Shown here: positions 32,345 through 44,606 of the stretch, in pieces
Layout of the letters: the number at the start of each line of letters is the position of its first letter
Numbering within the stretch: the first letter of the stretch is position 1
NCBI GenBank assembly: GCA_963785305.1
Contig: CAWAUV010000008.1
Location: forward strand, 1,376,001 to 1,440,000
Reading direction: 5' to 3'
From: an uncultured Planctomycetaceae bacterium
GTDB taxonomy: Bacteria; Planctomycetota; Planctomycetia; Pirellulales; PALSA-1355
Length of the DNA: 64,000 nucleotides
Translations under genes and position numbers: made by a program
Notes under the pieces: model-generated
Seen by the model: the letters and a program-made list of their open reading frames with translations, nothing else
Told to the model about the DNA's origin: nothing
The model's database searches: none

Positions 32345-35300
32345 ATGATCGGCTCGCGATTGGCCAAGTGGTTCTCCCATTCACTTGCTTGCTGTTTGCT
32401 TTTCGTCTTGGTGGGCATCGTCGCCCCGGTGAGCAAAGCCGACCAGCCGGCGCCGGCCGCCCTCGCGCCGCTCGCGCCCGAGGCCACTCCGCCCGCGATC
32501 CGGTTGCCGGAGGGATTTTCAGCCACGCTCTTCGCCGGCGAGCCCGACGTGGTGCAGCCGATCGGCATGTCGCTCGACGATCGCGGCCGGCTCTGGGTGG
32601 TCGAAAGTTTGGCCTATCCCGTCTGGAAGGGCGAGGGAAACGACCGGGTGGTGATCTTCGAAGACACCGATGGCGACGGACATTTCGACCGACGCAAGGT
32701 TTTCCTCGACCACGGCGTCGATCTCACCAGCGTGGCCGTGGGCTTTCATGGCGTTTGGCTGTTGAGCCTGCCCAATCTGCTTTTCATTCCCGACGCCAAC
32801 GGCGACGATGTGCCCGATGGCCCCGCCCAAGTGCTGCTCGATGGTTGGAATATCAAGGAAGCCGGCCACAACGCCGTCAACAATTTGACATGGGGACCCG
32901 ATGGCTGGCTCCATGGCCTGAATGGAATTCAATCGAAGTCGCTCGTCGGCAAACCGGGCACCCCCGAGGCCGAGCGAATGCGAATCGACTGCGGCGTGTG
33001 GCGCTATCATCCCACGCGCCATGTGTGCGAAGCCGTGGCTCATGGAACGACGAATCCCTGGGGACTCGATTTCGACGCCTACGGCCAAGGCTTCATGACG
33101 AATTGCGTGATCGGGCATCTGTGGCATGTGATTCCCGGCGCCCATTACGAACGCATGTACGGGCAAGACGTGAATCCCCATTGCTATGGCCTGATGCCAT
33201 GCACGGCCGATCACTTGCACTGGGTCGGGTCGCACTGGAGCGGATCGCGCGGCAATGCGCCCGAGCAAAACGCCTCGGGCGGTGGCCATGCCCATGTCGG
33301 CGCGATGATCTATCTGGGCGATCGTTGGCCGGAAACCTATCGCAACTCGATCTTCACCTGCAATCTGCATGGCAATCGCGTGAATCGCGACCGGCTCGAA
33401 CAGCAGGGCTCCGGCTACGTGGGCCGCCACGCGCCCGACTTTCTCACCGTGGGCGATACATGGTTCCGCGGCATCTCGATTTTGCTTGGGCCCGACGACG
33501 GAATGTATGTGAGCGACTGGAGCGACACGGGCGAATGCCACAACTACAAGGTCGTCGATAAGACGAACGGTCGAATCTATAAGATCGTGTACGCGCCGAA
33601 GCACGCGCCCGCGCGGCCGAGGACTTGGCGCGCCTCTCCGACGACGAGCTCGTCAAACGCGTCGCGAAGGCCAATGCCCACGAATTTCGCCATGCCACGC
33701 GGCTCTTGCAAGAACGCGCCGCCGATGGCCACGCGATGGAATCGGTGGTCAAAGCGCTCCTGCCCGTGCGCTCGACGGAAGGGATGCCGAGAGCCAGTTG
33801 CGATATGTCTGGGCGCTGCATGCGATCGGCGCCATGAACGACTCTTTGCTCTCGCAACTGCTGGCGAGCGCCAATGCCTACACGCGCGGCTGGGCGATTC
33901 AGTTCGCGCTCGAGGATCGGGCGGCCTCGATCGAGCAACGGGCCAAGCTGGCCGATCTGGCCAAGAACGACCCCTCGCCGGCCGTGCGCATGTTTCTGGC
34001 CTCGGGCCTCGGTCGATTGCCGGTGGCCGAGCGTTGGTCGATCGCCGCGCCGCTCGTGGCCCACAAGCAAGACGCCGAGGATCGGAGCCTTTCGCTGATG
34101 ATGTGGTATGGCTTCGAGCCGCTCGTGCCGCTTGATCGGGAACGCGCGCTGGCGATCGCCGCGGAGGGCGAGAATCCGACGGTGCGGCGTTACGCCGCGC
34201 GCCGAGCCGTGGAACACGATCTTGCCGCGGGGCTCGACGCGGTGGCGCGGGTCATGGCCGAGCAGTCCGACGCCGAGCGGCAGCTCGATTTACTCGCCGG
34301 CGCATATGAGGCCCTGGGCGGAGTGCGGCAGGCGCCGATGCCGGCTTCTTGGAGCGCGGCCCACGCGAAGCTTGCAACCGCTTCCGATGGCCGCGTGCGC
34401 TCGGCGGCTCGGCGGCTGGCGGTGCTGTTCGGCGATCGGGCCGCGATCGACGCCGAACGTCGCAAAGTGGTCGACCGCTCGGCCGCGGGTATTGATCGCC
34501 GCGAGGCGATCGAAGCGCTGGCCACGATCAAAGACCCCTCGCTGCCGGGGCTCTTGTTTCAGGCGCTCCCCGAGCGCGATGGCGATCTGGCGCGAGCCGC
34601 GCTCCGCGGTTTGGCCGGCTACGACTCGAAGGATATCCCGCGCCAAGTGCTCGATCATTATTCCCAATACGACGAAGCCACGAAGCGCGACGCCATCAGC
34701 ACGCTGACCTCGCGCGTCGCCTGGGCCGAAGCGCTGCTGGCGGCGATCGACTCCGGGCTCGTGGCCCGCGGCGATCTCGAGGCGTATCACATTCAACAAT
34801 TCCTGGGGCTCAAGAACGATCAACTCACGGCGCGGCTGAAGGACACATGGGGCAGCATTCGCCCCACGGCGGCCGATAAACAAGCGGCGATGCATAAACT
34901 CAAGTCGCGGCTCACTCCCGCGGCGCTCGCCGCGGCCAATCTCGCGCATGGCCGAGGCGTGTTCGTGAAAAACTGCTCGAGCTGCCACGCGCTCCACGGC
35001 GTCGGCGGCAAGATCGGGCCCGATCTCACCGGCTCGCAGCGGGCCAATCTCGACTATGTGCTCTCGAACGTGCTCGACCCGAGCGCCGTGGTGGCCAAGG
35101 AATATCAGATCACGGTCGTGGTGACCGGCGACGGCCGCACGATCTCGGGCATCGTCAAACACGAAGACGATAAATCCCTCACTCTGCAAACCGCGACCGA
35201 GCAAGTCATCTTGCCCAAGGGCGAGGTCGAGGAGCGGCGAAAGACCAATGTGTCGATCATGCCCGATGGGCTCCTCTCGAAGTTGAACGACGACGAGATT

Positions 35301-35357
35301 CGCGATCTTGTGGCGTATCTGGCGAACCGCGAGCAGGCGCCGCTTCAGGGAGATTAG
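32345..35357 (+). CDS. PVC-type dehydrogenase-like protein with HEAT repeats and C-terminal cytochrome c (frameshifts near 33622 and 33795)
   Basis: LPEGFSATLFAGEPDVVQP, DDRGRLWVVE, EDTDGDG, WGPDGWL, GTTNPWG; CSSCH, IGPDLTG, SIMPDGL. Confidence 0.9.
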
Positions 35358-35358
35358 C

Positions 35359-36489
35359 ATGGCGTCGTTCTCGGGTTCATTGCATTTGCCGAGAGCCCAT
35401 GCCGAAATCGTGCGTGGCATGGAGTTGGGCTGGCATCGAGGAGCGCAGCTTTATGTGTCGCGCCGCGGAGCGCAAGTCGAGGAGTTCGCGCTCGGCGAAA
35501 GCAGTCCCGGCTATGCGCTCACGCCTGGCACGATCATGCTCTGGCTCAGTTCGGGCAAACCGATCGGCGCCGCGGCGGCAATGCAACTGGTCGAGCGCGG
35601 CCGACTCGAGCTCGACGATCCGATTGCCCGGCATATTCCCGAATTCGCGGCTGGCGGCAAGCAAGACATTACCCTGCGGCATATTCTCACGCACACGGCC
35701 GGCTTCCGCTGGATCGATTTGGCCTGGGAGACCTCGACCTGGGAACAGATCATCCGAAAACTTTGCGCCTGCAAACAAGAACGCGATTGGCCGCCGGGCA
35801 CGAAAGCCGGCTACCATCCGACCACGAGTTGGTACTCGCTCGGCGAACTGGTGCGGCGCGTCGATGGCCGCCCTTTTTCGCGGTATGTGCGCGAGGAAAT
35901 CTTTGAGCCACTAGGCATGCTCGACATGTGGATCGGAATGCCCACGGCCAAGTTTCATGAATATGGCCCTCGAATCGCCATCATGCCCGACACCACCAAG
36001 CCCGACGCGCCGGGTCAGCGCTACTGCAATGAGCGAGGCGCGACGTCGTGCGTGCCGGGTGGAAACTGCATGGGCCCCGCGCACGACTTGGCGAAGTTCT
36101 ACGAAATGCTGCTGGCCGGCGGCGTGACGGCTTCGACCGACTCGGCCGAGCCCCGGCGCATTCTCTCGGAAGAGTCGGTGCGGCTGCTCACTACCAGGCA
36201 GCGGATCGGAATGTATGATCAGACCTTCCGCCATGTGATGGACTGGAGCCTGGGGCTGATCATGAGCTCGAATCGCTATGGCGCCGACACCGCTCCCTAT
36301 GGCTATGGAGTCGATTGCTCGGACAACGCCTTTGGCCACGGCGGCAGCCAATCCTCGGTCGGGTTCGCCGATCCGGAATACGGGCTCGTGGTCACGGCGG
36401 TCATGAACGGCATGCCGGGCGAAGCGCCGCACCACGAGCGCATGCAAGCCTTCCTGGCGGCGCTCTATCAAGACTTGGGTCTGGCTTAA
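35359..36489 (+). CDS. Serine hydrolase (beta-lactamase-like esterase)
   Basis: WLSSGKP (SxxK), LTHTAG, GYHP, FGHGGS. Confidence 0.88.
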   Translation: MASFSGSLHLPRAHAEIVRGMELGWHRGAQLYVSRRGAQVEEFALGESSPGYALTPGTIMLWLSSGKPIGAAAAMQLVERGRLELDDPIARHIPEFAAGGKQDITLRHILTHTAGFRWIDLAWETSTWEQIIRKLCACKQERDWPPGTKAGYHPTTSWYSLGELVRRVDGRPFSRYVREEIFEPLGMLDMWIGMPTAKFHEYGPRIAIMPDTTKPDAPGQRYCNERGATSCVPGGNCMGPAHDLAKFYEMLLAGGVTASTDSAEPRRILSEESVRLLTTRQRIGMYDQTFRHVMDWSLGLIMSSNRYGADTAPYGYGVDCSDNAFGHGGSQSSVGFADPEYGLVVTAVMNGMPGEAPHHERMQAFLAALYQDLGLA

Positions 36490-36539
36490 GGGAGTCTGGC
36501 TCAAGGCGCCCAACCCGCAATCCCCGATGGCAATTCATC

Positions 36540-36929
36540 ATGACTGCTTTTCGCGATCAACTCGAGACATTTCCCAACGAATTTCCCGAACGCGACTACA
36601 CGATCGAGATCGTGTGCCCGGAATTCACGAGCGTGTGCCCCAAGACCGGTCAGCCGGATTTCGGAGTGCTCACGTTTACGTACACGCCGGAGAAAAAATG
36701 CGTGGAGCTCAAAAGTTTGAAGCTCTATTTGCAGAAATTCCGCGGCGAGGGCATATTCTATGAAAACGTGACCAACGCGATCCTCGACGACTTGGTCGCG
36801 GCGCTCGAGCCGCGGCGAATGACGTTGGTGGCCGCCTTCACCCCGCGGGGCGGCATCTCGACCCGCGTGAGCGTGACACACGAAGCGGGCCATTGCCGCG
36901 GCGCGAAATCGACGAAGCACCGCGACTGA
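36540..36929 (+). CDS. queF: PreQ1 synthase (short QueF)
   Basis: [39 protein letters not shown]. Confidence 0.96.
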   Translation: MTAFRDQLETFPNEFPERDYTIEIVCPEFTSVCPKTGQPDFGVLTFTYTPEKKCVELKSLKLYLQKFRGEGIFYENVTNAILDDLVAALEPRRMTLVAAFTPRGGISTRVSVTHEAGHCRGAKSTKHRD

Positions 36930-37000
36930 CGGTCGGGCGCCTTTGGATTGTCGCCGCGATTGAATGTGCCCCGACATTTCGGCTGCCCCCGCGGAGTGCC

Positions 37001-39415
37001 ATGCCAGACATCGATTCCAACGCCGGCGATTCCAACGCCGGCGGTTCCGAAGCCGTTGGACCCACGGCCGGCGGCTCCGAGCTGGATTCCGCGCCCTGGA
37101 GCATCCGCATGACTTGCCGCCGGCGCGTCGGCTGCTGGTGCAGTCGCTGCTCGTGGGCGATGAATGCGTCGTGGCCTGGTTCGCGCCCGATCTCGATGAC
37201 GCGCTTCGCTATGCTTCGAGCCTGGTCGTGCTCACGGACCGGCGGCTAGTGAGCGTGGCGAACCATGGCGCGCCGCGATCGCCAAGAGACACCAGTTCGG
37301 GCTTGGCCGCCGACACGAGCGACTCGCAAGGCGTGCCCACGGTTAGCGCTTGGCCGCTGGGCGAGATCGTGGCGCTCAAGACTCGCGATCGCGCGGGAGT
37401 GGGAGTGCTCGAAGCGATCGGCCCGGCCGGCCGGCTTGCTCATTGGCGATACACGGTGGGCGAGGCGCCGGGCGCCAATCGGCTGGTCGACCACTTGGAA
37501 CATTATCGCCGGGGCGAACGTCTCGAAGACGAAGGGCTCGGCGATCCGGAAGAGAGCGACGCGGAAGCGGTCGACGGTTCGGCGATGGGCTCGCTCTGGC
37601 GGCTCACGAGTTTTGCCGCCCGGCGCGGGCGGTTGGTGCTGCTCGGATTCGTGCTCACGCTGCTGGCGACCGGCGTGGGGCTCATTCCGCCCTATCTCAC
37701 GATGCCGCTTGTCGACGATGTGTTGATTCCCTATCAAAACAAGGCCGAGCGCTTGGTGGCCGAGGCTCAGGCCAGGGACGAATCGCCCCCAGTGGTTGCC
37801 GCCGCCTTGCGAGGCGAGGCCAATGCCGAGTTCCGCCGGGTGCTCTGGTATCTGGCAGCGCTCGGCGGCGCGGCGCTCGTCGCTTGGGGAGCAAGCTGGG
37901 CCCAGGGAGTCGTCATGGCCTGGGTCAGCGAACGGATCGGCGCCGATCTTAGAATCTCGACCTATGCCCACCTTCAAAGCCTGTCGCTCGAATTCTTCGG
38001 CAAGAAACGCACCGGCGACCTGATCTCGAGAATCAGCGCCGACACCGAACGCATTTGCAATTACCTGAGCGACAATCTCGTCGACTTCGGAGCCGATGTG
38101 CTCATGATGCTCGGCACGGCGATCGTGCTGTTCGCGATCGATCCCTGGCTCGCCCTCGTCACGCTCGTGCCGTTTCCGATCATCGCCTGGCTCATCTACT
38201 TGGTGCGTGGACAGTTGCAACATGGCTTTTCTCGCGGCGGTCGGGCCTGGGGCGCCATGACCAGCCTGCTGGCCGACACGATTCCCGGCATTCGCGTCGT
38301 GAAGGCCTTTGCCCAAGAGCGGCGCGAAATCGAACGCTTCCGCCGGGCCAACGATCAGGTGCTCGAAGCCAACGATCGCGTCAACACGGTGTGGACCTTC
38401 TTCTGGCCGATGGTCGTGCTGCTCAATCAAGCCGGCTTGCTCGTGGTATGGGCCTTCGGGGCGTGGCGCGTGTTCGAACTTCGGATCACGGTCGGCGTGC
38501 TCACCGCGTTTTTGGCTTACATCGGCCGCTTTTATACCCGACTCGAATCCATGAGCCGCATGATGACGGCCACCCAGCGCGCCGCGGCCAGCGCCCGGCG
38601 GGTGTTCGATATTCTCGATCGCGAGCCGAGCGTGGCCGAGCCGCGCCGACCAGTCGCGTGCGATGGATTGCGGGGCGAAGTCGAGTTTGCCGGAGTGAGT
38701 TTTCGCTACGGTTCAAGGCCGATCCTAGAAGCCATCGACCTCAAGATTCGCCCGGGCGAAATGATCGGACTCGTCGGCCCGAGCGGCGCCGGCAAGAGCA
38801 CGCTCGTGAATCTCGCCTGCCGCTTCTACGATGTGACCGAGGGCGCGGTGCTCATCGACGGCGTGGATCTGCGTTCGTTTCCGATCGCCGACTATCGCCG
38901 CCATGTCGGGATCGTGCTCCAAGAACCGTTTTTGTTCTTCGGTTCGATCGCCGAGAACATCGCTTATGGCTGGCCCGAGGCAACGCGCCAGCAGATCGTG
39001 GCCGCGGCCCGCGCCGCGCGGCGCGCACGATTTCATTCTTCGCTTGCCGCTGGGCTACGATTCGCTCGTCGGCGAGCGCGGGCAGTCGCTTTCGGGCGGC
39101 GAACGGCAACGGATCTCGATCGCGCGGGCCCTGCTGATCGATCCGCGGATTCTGATTCTCGACGAAGCCACGTCGAGCGTCGACATGGAAACGGAGCGCG
39201 ATATTCAAGCCGCGCTCGACAACCTGGTGCGCGGCCGCACGACGATCGCCATCGCCCATCGCCTGAGCACGCTCCGCAAGGCCGATCGGCTCGTGGTGCT
39301 CGAGCGGGGACGGATCGTCGAGACCGGACAGCATCAAGAGCTCCTCGACGCGGGCGGCGTGTATGCTCGACTGCACGATGCCCAGCGCGAAACCACGGCG
39401 CGGGTCGCCGAATAA
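37001..39415 (+). CDS. ABC exporter, fused permease/ATPase with extra N-terminal domain (frameshifts near 37105 and 39020)
   Basis: [57 protein letters not shown]. Confidence 0.92.
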
Positions 39416-39588
39416 TTTCGCCCCGAACCTGAAATGAAGGGAAATTCGCCCGAAGCCCAGACGATAAACCCCCAGTGGATAATATTGCCCGAAGCGCCCG
39501 GCACAGGCGCCCGGCGCAAGCTCCGGGCGGAAGAGCCCGCGACTCCAATCGTTTTCGTGAACCGCCGCATTCAGAGGGGAAATTTCGC

Positions 39589-41913
39589 ATGTCCGATGTG
39601 CCAAATCCGGCCCGATCGCCCGACGGGGCGTCGTCTCGCCTGGGGTGGATATTCGCGGGCGCCGTGCTGTTGAGCGCCTTCTTGCTGTTTCAGGTGCAGC
39701 CGCTGGTGAGCAAGTGCATCTTGCCCTGGTTCGGCGGTGGTCCGGCGGTGTGGACCACTTGCATGTTGTTCTTTCAAGTCGCGCTCTGCGCCGGCTATGC
39801 CTATGCGCATGCCAGCCAGCAATGGCTTTCGCCGCGGTTGCAAGGCATGGTGCATGCCGGGCTGCTGCTCGGGGCGCTGCTGGCGCTGCCGATTCTGCCG
39901 AGCGCGACTTGGAAGCCGCTCGACAGCGAGCAACCGGTGGCGCGCATTCTGGCGCTGCTCGCCGTGTGCGTGGGCGCGCCGTATCTGACGCTCTCCGCCA
40001 CCGGGCCGCTGCTGCAAGCTTGGTTCGCCAGGGCTTGTCCCGGACGTTCGCCCTACCGACTCTACGCGCTCTCGAATCTCGGTTCGCTGGCGGCGCTTGT
40101 TACCTATCCGGTGGTGTTCGAGCCGGCGCTCGATCTGGGGCGTCAGGCTTCGATCTGGTCGGCGGCATTCGCGATCTTCGCGGTTCTGTGCGCGCTGGCG
40201 GCCTGGGGAGCGGCGCGGGCCGCGGTGACTTCCCGGGTCGTGGCGGAAATCGAACCGGGCGAAGTGGGCGGACTCTTGCCGGCGATGCCCGCTGTCGCGG
40301 AGCACTCGGCCTCGCTCGACGCCGAGCCCGGCGCGGCGCGGCGCGTCCGTTGGTTGCTCCTGCCGGCCTGCGCCTCGCTGATGCTTTTGGCCACGACGAA
40401 CCATCTTTGCGAGGATATTCCGCCGATGCCGTTTTTGTGGGTCGCGCCGCTGGCCTTGTATCTGATTACCTTCATCGTGGCGTTCGACCATGAGCGTTGG
40501 TATTCGCCGCGCTGGGTCGGGCCGCTGGCGGCGGCGGCGCTCCTGCTCGCGGCCGGCGTCGGGCCGCTGGAGCATGTGCTCGATTCGCATTTTCATATCG
40601 CGCTGAACTATATCGCGGAATTGGCGATCGACTGCGCGGCGATGTTTGGAATCGCGATGGTCTGCCATGGCGAGCTGGTTCGCTCGCGGCCCGCGCCCCG
40701 GCATCTCACCGAGTTTTACATGCTCATTTCCGCGGGGGGCGCGCTGGGCGGAGTGATTGTGAGCCTCGTGGCGCCGCGGATATTTCACACGTTTTTCGAG
40801 TGGCGACTTGGGCTGCTGATCGGTTTCGTGCTGGCGCTGGTCGTGGGTCTCAAGCCGATCGTTGAAAGCGTGGGGCGCGCGAGGCAATGGCCTCGGCGGC
40901 GGGGCGCGGCGGCGCTCGGCGCGCTGGCCCTCTTGGGGGCGACGCCGATTTGCGCGTGGCAGATCGTGCCGCTGTATGAAAATCCGCCGCTGGCTCGGCT
41001 GCGGAATTTTTATGGTGTCGTGTCGGTCGAGGATCGCGAGCTCGACGCCGAGGAAACCGCGGCCTTTTTCGCGGCCGAGAAACTGGCCGCCGAGCGACTC
41101 GCCGCCCTGGGAGGCCCCGCGACGGATCATGCTTTTTCGTCGACCGCGAAGGTCGAAAACCCGGCCGAGCCCGCCGATCGCCCCCGGCCCACGACACTCG
41201 CCTATCGCCAGCTTCGCAATGGGCATGTGGTGCATGGCCGGCAGTTCCTCGACCCGGCGCTTAGCCTCCGGCCCAATTCGTATTACACCCCCGCGACCGG
41301 CGTCGGCCAGGCGATGCTCTATTTTCAAGATCGCGACGATTTGCGAGTGGGCGTCGTGGGGCTCGGCATCGGCACGCTGGCCGCGTATGCCCGGCCGGGA
41401 AGTTATTTTCGCTTCTATGAGATCAATCCCAATGTGCTCGCGATGGCGGAGACGTATTTCACGTATCTGCGCGACTGCGCCGGCCGGCATGATGTGTCGC
41501 TGGGCGACGCGCGGCTCTCGCTCGACCAGGAACAATCGTGGCAGTTTCATGTGCTGGTGCTCGACGCCTTCAGCGGCGACTCGATTCCCACGCACCTGCT
41601 CACGCGAGAGGCGTTCGAGATCTACATGAAGCACCTCGCGCCCGACGGCGTGTTGGTGATTCATATCACGAACAGCTATATCGACTTGGCGCCGGTCGTG
41701 GCGGAACTGGCCGAGCATTTCCATCTCGGCTCGACGCGCGCGATTACGCGCGACGAGGAAGAGCGGCTCGTGTTTCGCACCGATTGGGTCACGCTCACGC
41801 GGAGCGCGGCGTATCTCGAATCGCATCCCAGCCATCCGGCCGATTTGCCCCCGCCGCGGCGCATGCGCTTGTGGACCGACGACTACAGCAATCTGTTCGA
41901 GATTCTGAAATGA
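39589..41913 (+). CDS. Fused membrane domain/spermidine-synthase-like SAM-fold protein
   Basis: LSAFLLFQVQP, GGGPAVWTTCMLFFQ, PYRLYALSNLGS; VGVVGLGIGTL, YEINP, GDARL, LDAFSGDSIP, WTDDYSNL. Confidence 0.9.
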   Translation: MSDVPNPARSPDGASSRLGWIFAGAVLLSAFLLFQVQPLVSKCILPWFGGGPAVWTTCMLFFQVALCAGYAYAHASQQWLSPRLQGMVHAGLLLGALLALPILPSATWKPLDSEQPVARILALLAVCVGAPYLTLSATGPLLQAWFARACPGRSPYRLYALSNLGSLAALVTYPVVFEPALDLGRQASIWSAAFAIFAVLCALAAWGAARAAVTSRVVAEIEPGEVGGLLPAMPAVAEHSASLDAEPGAARRVRWLLLPACASLMLLATTNHLCEDIPPMPFLWVAPLALYLITFIVAFDHERWYSPRWVGPLAAAALLLAAGVGPLEHVLDSHFHIALNYIAELAIDCAAMFGIAMVCHGELVRSRPAPRHLTEFYMLISAGGALGGVIVSLVAPRIFHTFFEWRLGLLIGFVLALVVGLKPIVESVGRARQWPRRRGAAALGALALLGATPICAWQIVPLYENPPLARLRNFYGVVSVEDRELDAEETAAFFAAEKLAAERLAALGGPATDHAFSSTAKVENPAEPADRPRPTTLAYRQLRNGHVVHGRQFLDPALSLRPNSYYTPATGVGQAMLYFQDRDDLRVGVVGLGIGTLAAYARPGSYFRFYEINPNVLAMAETYFTYLRDCAGRHDVSLGDARLSLDQEQSWQFHVLVLDAFSGDSIPTHLLTREAFEIYMKHLAPDGVLVIHITNSYIDLAPVVAELAEHFHLGSTRAITRDEEERLVFRTDWVTLTRSAAYLESHPSHPADLPPPRRMRLWTDDYSNLFEILK

Positions 41914-41953
41914 ACCGCGGGCTCGATCGCGAATATCCGCTCGGGTGGATATC

Positions 41954-43258
41954 CTAGCGGCGGCTGGGCGAGGGTGTTCGCGGGGCGGAAGACGCCGGCG
42001 CGTCGGGCGAGAGGCGCGAGGCCACGTCGGGCGCCGGCAGAATCTCGATGTCGTCGAGCGACACTTCGCCCACGCCGCCCAAGAGCCCGATCGCGATGAT
42101 CGCCACCCGCGCCTCGAGCGGCACGAGCACATTCGCCCGCTTCTTGCTCCAGGAGAAGGTGCCTTCCCAGGGGCCGAGCGCCTGCTGGGCAATCGCGCCG
42201 CGCTGCTCGTCGAAGAAAGTCACGAGCACGCGCGGCAATTGATCGGGCGTTTGTCCGAAATGCACGTTGTCGCAGCGAACCCAAGCGCTCAGGTCGAGCG
42301 AATGCACGACGCGCCCATCGACCGCCATGCCTTGCAGCGCCTGGGAGCCGCGGCCGGGTTCGTCGTTGGAGAAAGTCAGGCACTGCTTGCCGTGGCCGGC
42401 CAGGGTGGTCATGTCGAGCCGCGCGTGGCGAAGGTAGAACCAACCATCGGGCTGATTCGGAAACAGTTCATGGCGCTCGAAACCGTTGTTGACCAGCGGC
42501 GAAAGCGGCGTGCCATCGTCGGGGGTGCGCAGCGTGTCGGCCTTGCCGGTCATCGGCACGAAGAAAGTCGGCTCGAGCGCCTGCGACACCATCTTGCCGT
42601 TTTCCTTCGTGAGCATGTAGAGGGTCTGCTGATAATTCTCCCCCAGGGGAATCAGCATGCGACCGCCCTCGCGGAGTTGGTCCACGAGCGGCCGCGGAAT
42701 CTGCTCCGGCGAACAGGTGACGATGATCTTGTCGAACGGCGCCTGCTCGGGCCAGCCCTGATATCCATCGCCGATGCGAGGCTTCACATTCACATAGCCC
42801 AGCCGCTGCAAGCGTTCGGCGGCGGCTTTGCCCATCTCCTCGATGATCTCGATCGTGTAAACCTCGCGCACGAGTCCGCTCAGCACCGCGGCTTGGTAGC
42901 CGCTGCCGGTGCCGACTTCGAGCACTTTGTCGGTGGGGCGGGGATCGAGCTGCTGGGTCATCGAGGCGACGATGAACGGCGGCGAGATGGTCTGATGATG
43001 GCCGATCGGCAGCGACATGTCGAAATAGGCTTGCCGCCGCAGCGCCACGGGCACGAACTCATGGCGCGGCGTGCCGCGCATCGAGGCGAGCACGGCGGGG
43101 TTTTTGATGCCGTTGGGCACGAGATCGGCGTCGACCATCACTTTTCGCGCATCGGCCCACTGCCGGGCGTTTTGCGCGAGGGCCTTGGCCGGAGCGATTC
43201 CCAAGGTCATGCAAAGCACAAGCGCCGCCGAAAGCACAGCACGGCAGGATTGGAGCAT
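41954..43258 (-). CDS. pcm: Protein-L-isoaspartate O-methyltransferase with signal peptide and C-terminal beta-sandwich domain
   Basis: PRHEFVP, QTISPPFIVASMT, VLEVGTGSGYQAAVL, GDGYQGWPEQAPFDKI, QLREGGRM, FVPMTG. Confidence 0.92.
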   Translation of the reverse strand: MLQSCRAVLSAALVLCMTLGIAPAKALAQNARQWADARKVMVDADLVPNGIKNPAVLASMRGTPRHEFVPVALRRQAYFDMSLPIGHHQTISPPFIVASMTQQLDPRPTDKVLEVGTGSGYQAAVLSGLVREVYTIEIIEEMGKAAAERLQRLGYVNVKPRIGDGYQGWPEQAPFDKIIVTCSPEQIPRPLVDQLREGGRMLIPLGENYQQTLYMLTKENGKMVSQALEPTFFVPMTGKADTLRTPDDGTPLSPLVNNGFERHELFPNQPDGWFYLRHARLDMTTLAGHGKQCLTFSNDEPGRGSQALQGMAVDGRVVHSLDLSAWVRCDNVHFGQTPDQLPRVLVTFFDEQRGAIAQQALGPWEGTFSWSKKRANVLVPLEARVAIIAIGLLGGVGEVSLDDIEILPAPDVASRLSPDAPASSAPRTPSPSRR

Positions 43259-43589
43259 TGTTCGTTCCCGGCAAGTAAAAAAGGGACCGCCCGCGCCGAG
43301 AAAGTCCCCGCGCACGGTAGCCTTGTAGCGAAATATCACCGAGCCGGAAAGAGAAACTGGGCGAAATCACGCGCTCGGAGAGTTTGGAAAACACGATGTC
43401 GGCCGGGAGCGAACCGCCGCCGGCGCCGGCAAATCGCGCGTAAAACAGTCGGGACCCTCCCTTTCCGGGGATTTAGTTGCAATCCGGTTGAGCGCCGGTA
43501 CGATGAGAGGCTCGCGGGCGCGGCGCCGCCACTCGGGCTCGCTCCATTCTTTTCTGGTCGCATTTCTTTCAAGCTTGAGGAGAGCTTCG

Positions 43590-44606
43590 ATGACGCGTCG
43601 CATGCTTGCGCGGCGGCTTGCTGTTCGACATTCGGACCGGCTGCTCGCGGTCTTGGCGGTCTGGTGCTTCGCGGGAGCGGTTTGGGCCGACGCGCCGGCA
43701 AACGAAAACTCCGCGCCGGAGTCCAAGGGCGACGCGTCGATCACGATCGACGATCAGCTGCTGACGCCCGCCCAGCAGCATCAGCTCGAGCTTTACAAGT
43801 CGATCACCTGGCAATCCGGCCCGGTCACCGCGCCGCTGGGGGTGATCGCCACGGTGCGAGTGCCCGAAGGTTTCAAATTGACGACCGGTCCCGGCGTCGC
43901 CGCGTTCTTGGAATTGACGCAAAACATGCCCGATCCGTCGCTGCTGGGAATCATGGCGCCCGAGGATCATGGCGGCTGGTTCATGACGTTTGACTATCAA
44001 AACACCGGCCATGTGGCCGACGACGAGAAGGACAAGCTCGACGCCGGGGCGATTCTCGACAGTTTTCGCGAGGGCGCCGAAGCGTCGAACGCCGAACGCA
44101 AGCGCCGCGGTTGGGGCGAGATGCACATCGATGGTTGGATTCAACCGCCGGCCTACGATCCCGCGATCAAGAATCTCACCTGGGCCCTCAAGGGCAATAG
44201 CGATGGCGGCGAGTTCGCCAACTACAACTTACGGCTGCTTAGTCGGCAGGGCGTGATGAGCGTGGGGCTCGTGAGCAGTCCCGATCGCGTGGCCGCGCTC
44301 ATTCCCAAGGCCCAGGAACTATCGGCCGGCTGCGAATTCACGGCGGGCAATAAATACGGCGAGTTTCGCGCCGGCGACAAGGTGGCGGAATATGGCTTGC
44401 TTGGTCTGATCACCGGCGGCGCCGCCATCGCCGCGGCCAAAACCGGCCTGCTCGCCAAGCTCGGTCTCATGTTCGCCAAGTTCGCCAAGATCATCATCAT
44501 TGGCGCGCTGGCCGTGGGCGCGGCGATCGTGAAGTTCTTCAAGGCGATCGCCGCCGCCATCGGCCGGCTCTTCGGCGTGAGCTCCTCGCCGTCCGACTCC
44601 CCATGA
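43590..44606 (+). CDS. DUF2167-like membrane-anchored protein
   Basis: GHVADDE, GWIQPPAYD, NYNLRLLSRQG, YGEFRAGDKVAEYGLLGLITGG, GLLAK. Confidence 0.85.
   Translation: MTRRMLARRLAVRHSDRLLAVLAVWCFAGAVWADAPANENSAPESKGDASITIDDQLLTPAQQHQLELYKSITWQSGPVTAPLGVIATVRVPEGFKLTTGPGVAAFLELTQNMPDPSLLGIMAPEDHGGWFMTFDYQNTGHVADDEKDKLDAGAILDSFREGAEASNAERKRRGWGEMHIDGWIQPPAYDPAIKNLTWALKGNSDGGEFANYNLRLLSRQGVMSVGLVSSPDRVAALIPKAQELSAGCEFTAGNKYGEFRAGDKVAEYGLLGLITGGAAIAAAKTGLLAKLGLMFAKFAKIIIIGALAVGAAIVKFFKAIAAAIGRLFGVSSSPSDSP

Noticed and set aside
39416..39500. Loose repeats of ATT(C)GCCCGAAGC
   Set aside because: Irregular spacing and low identity.
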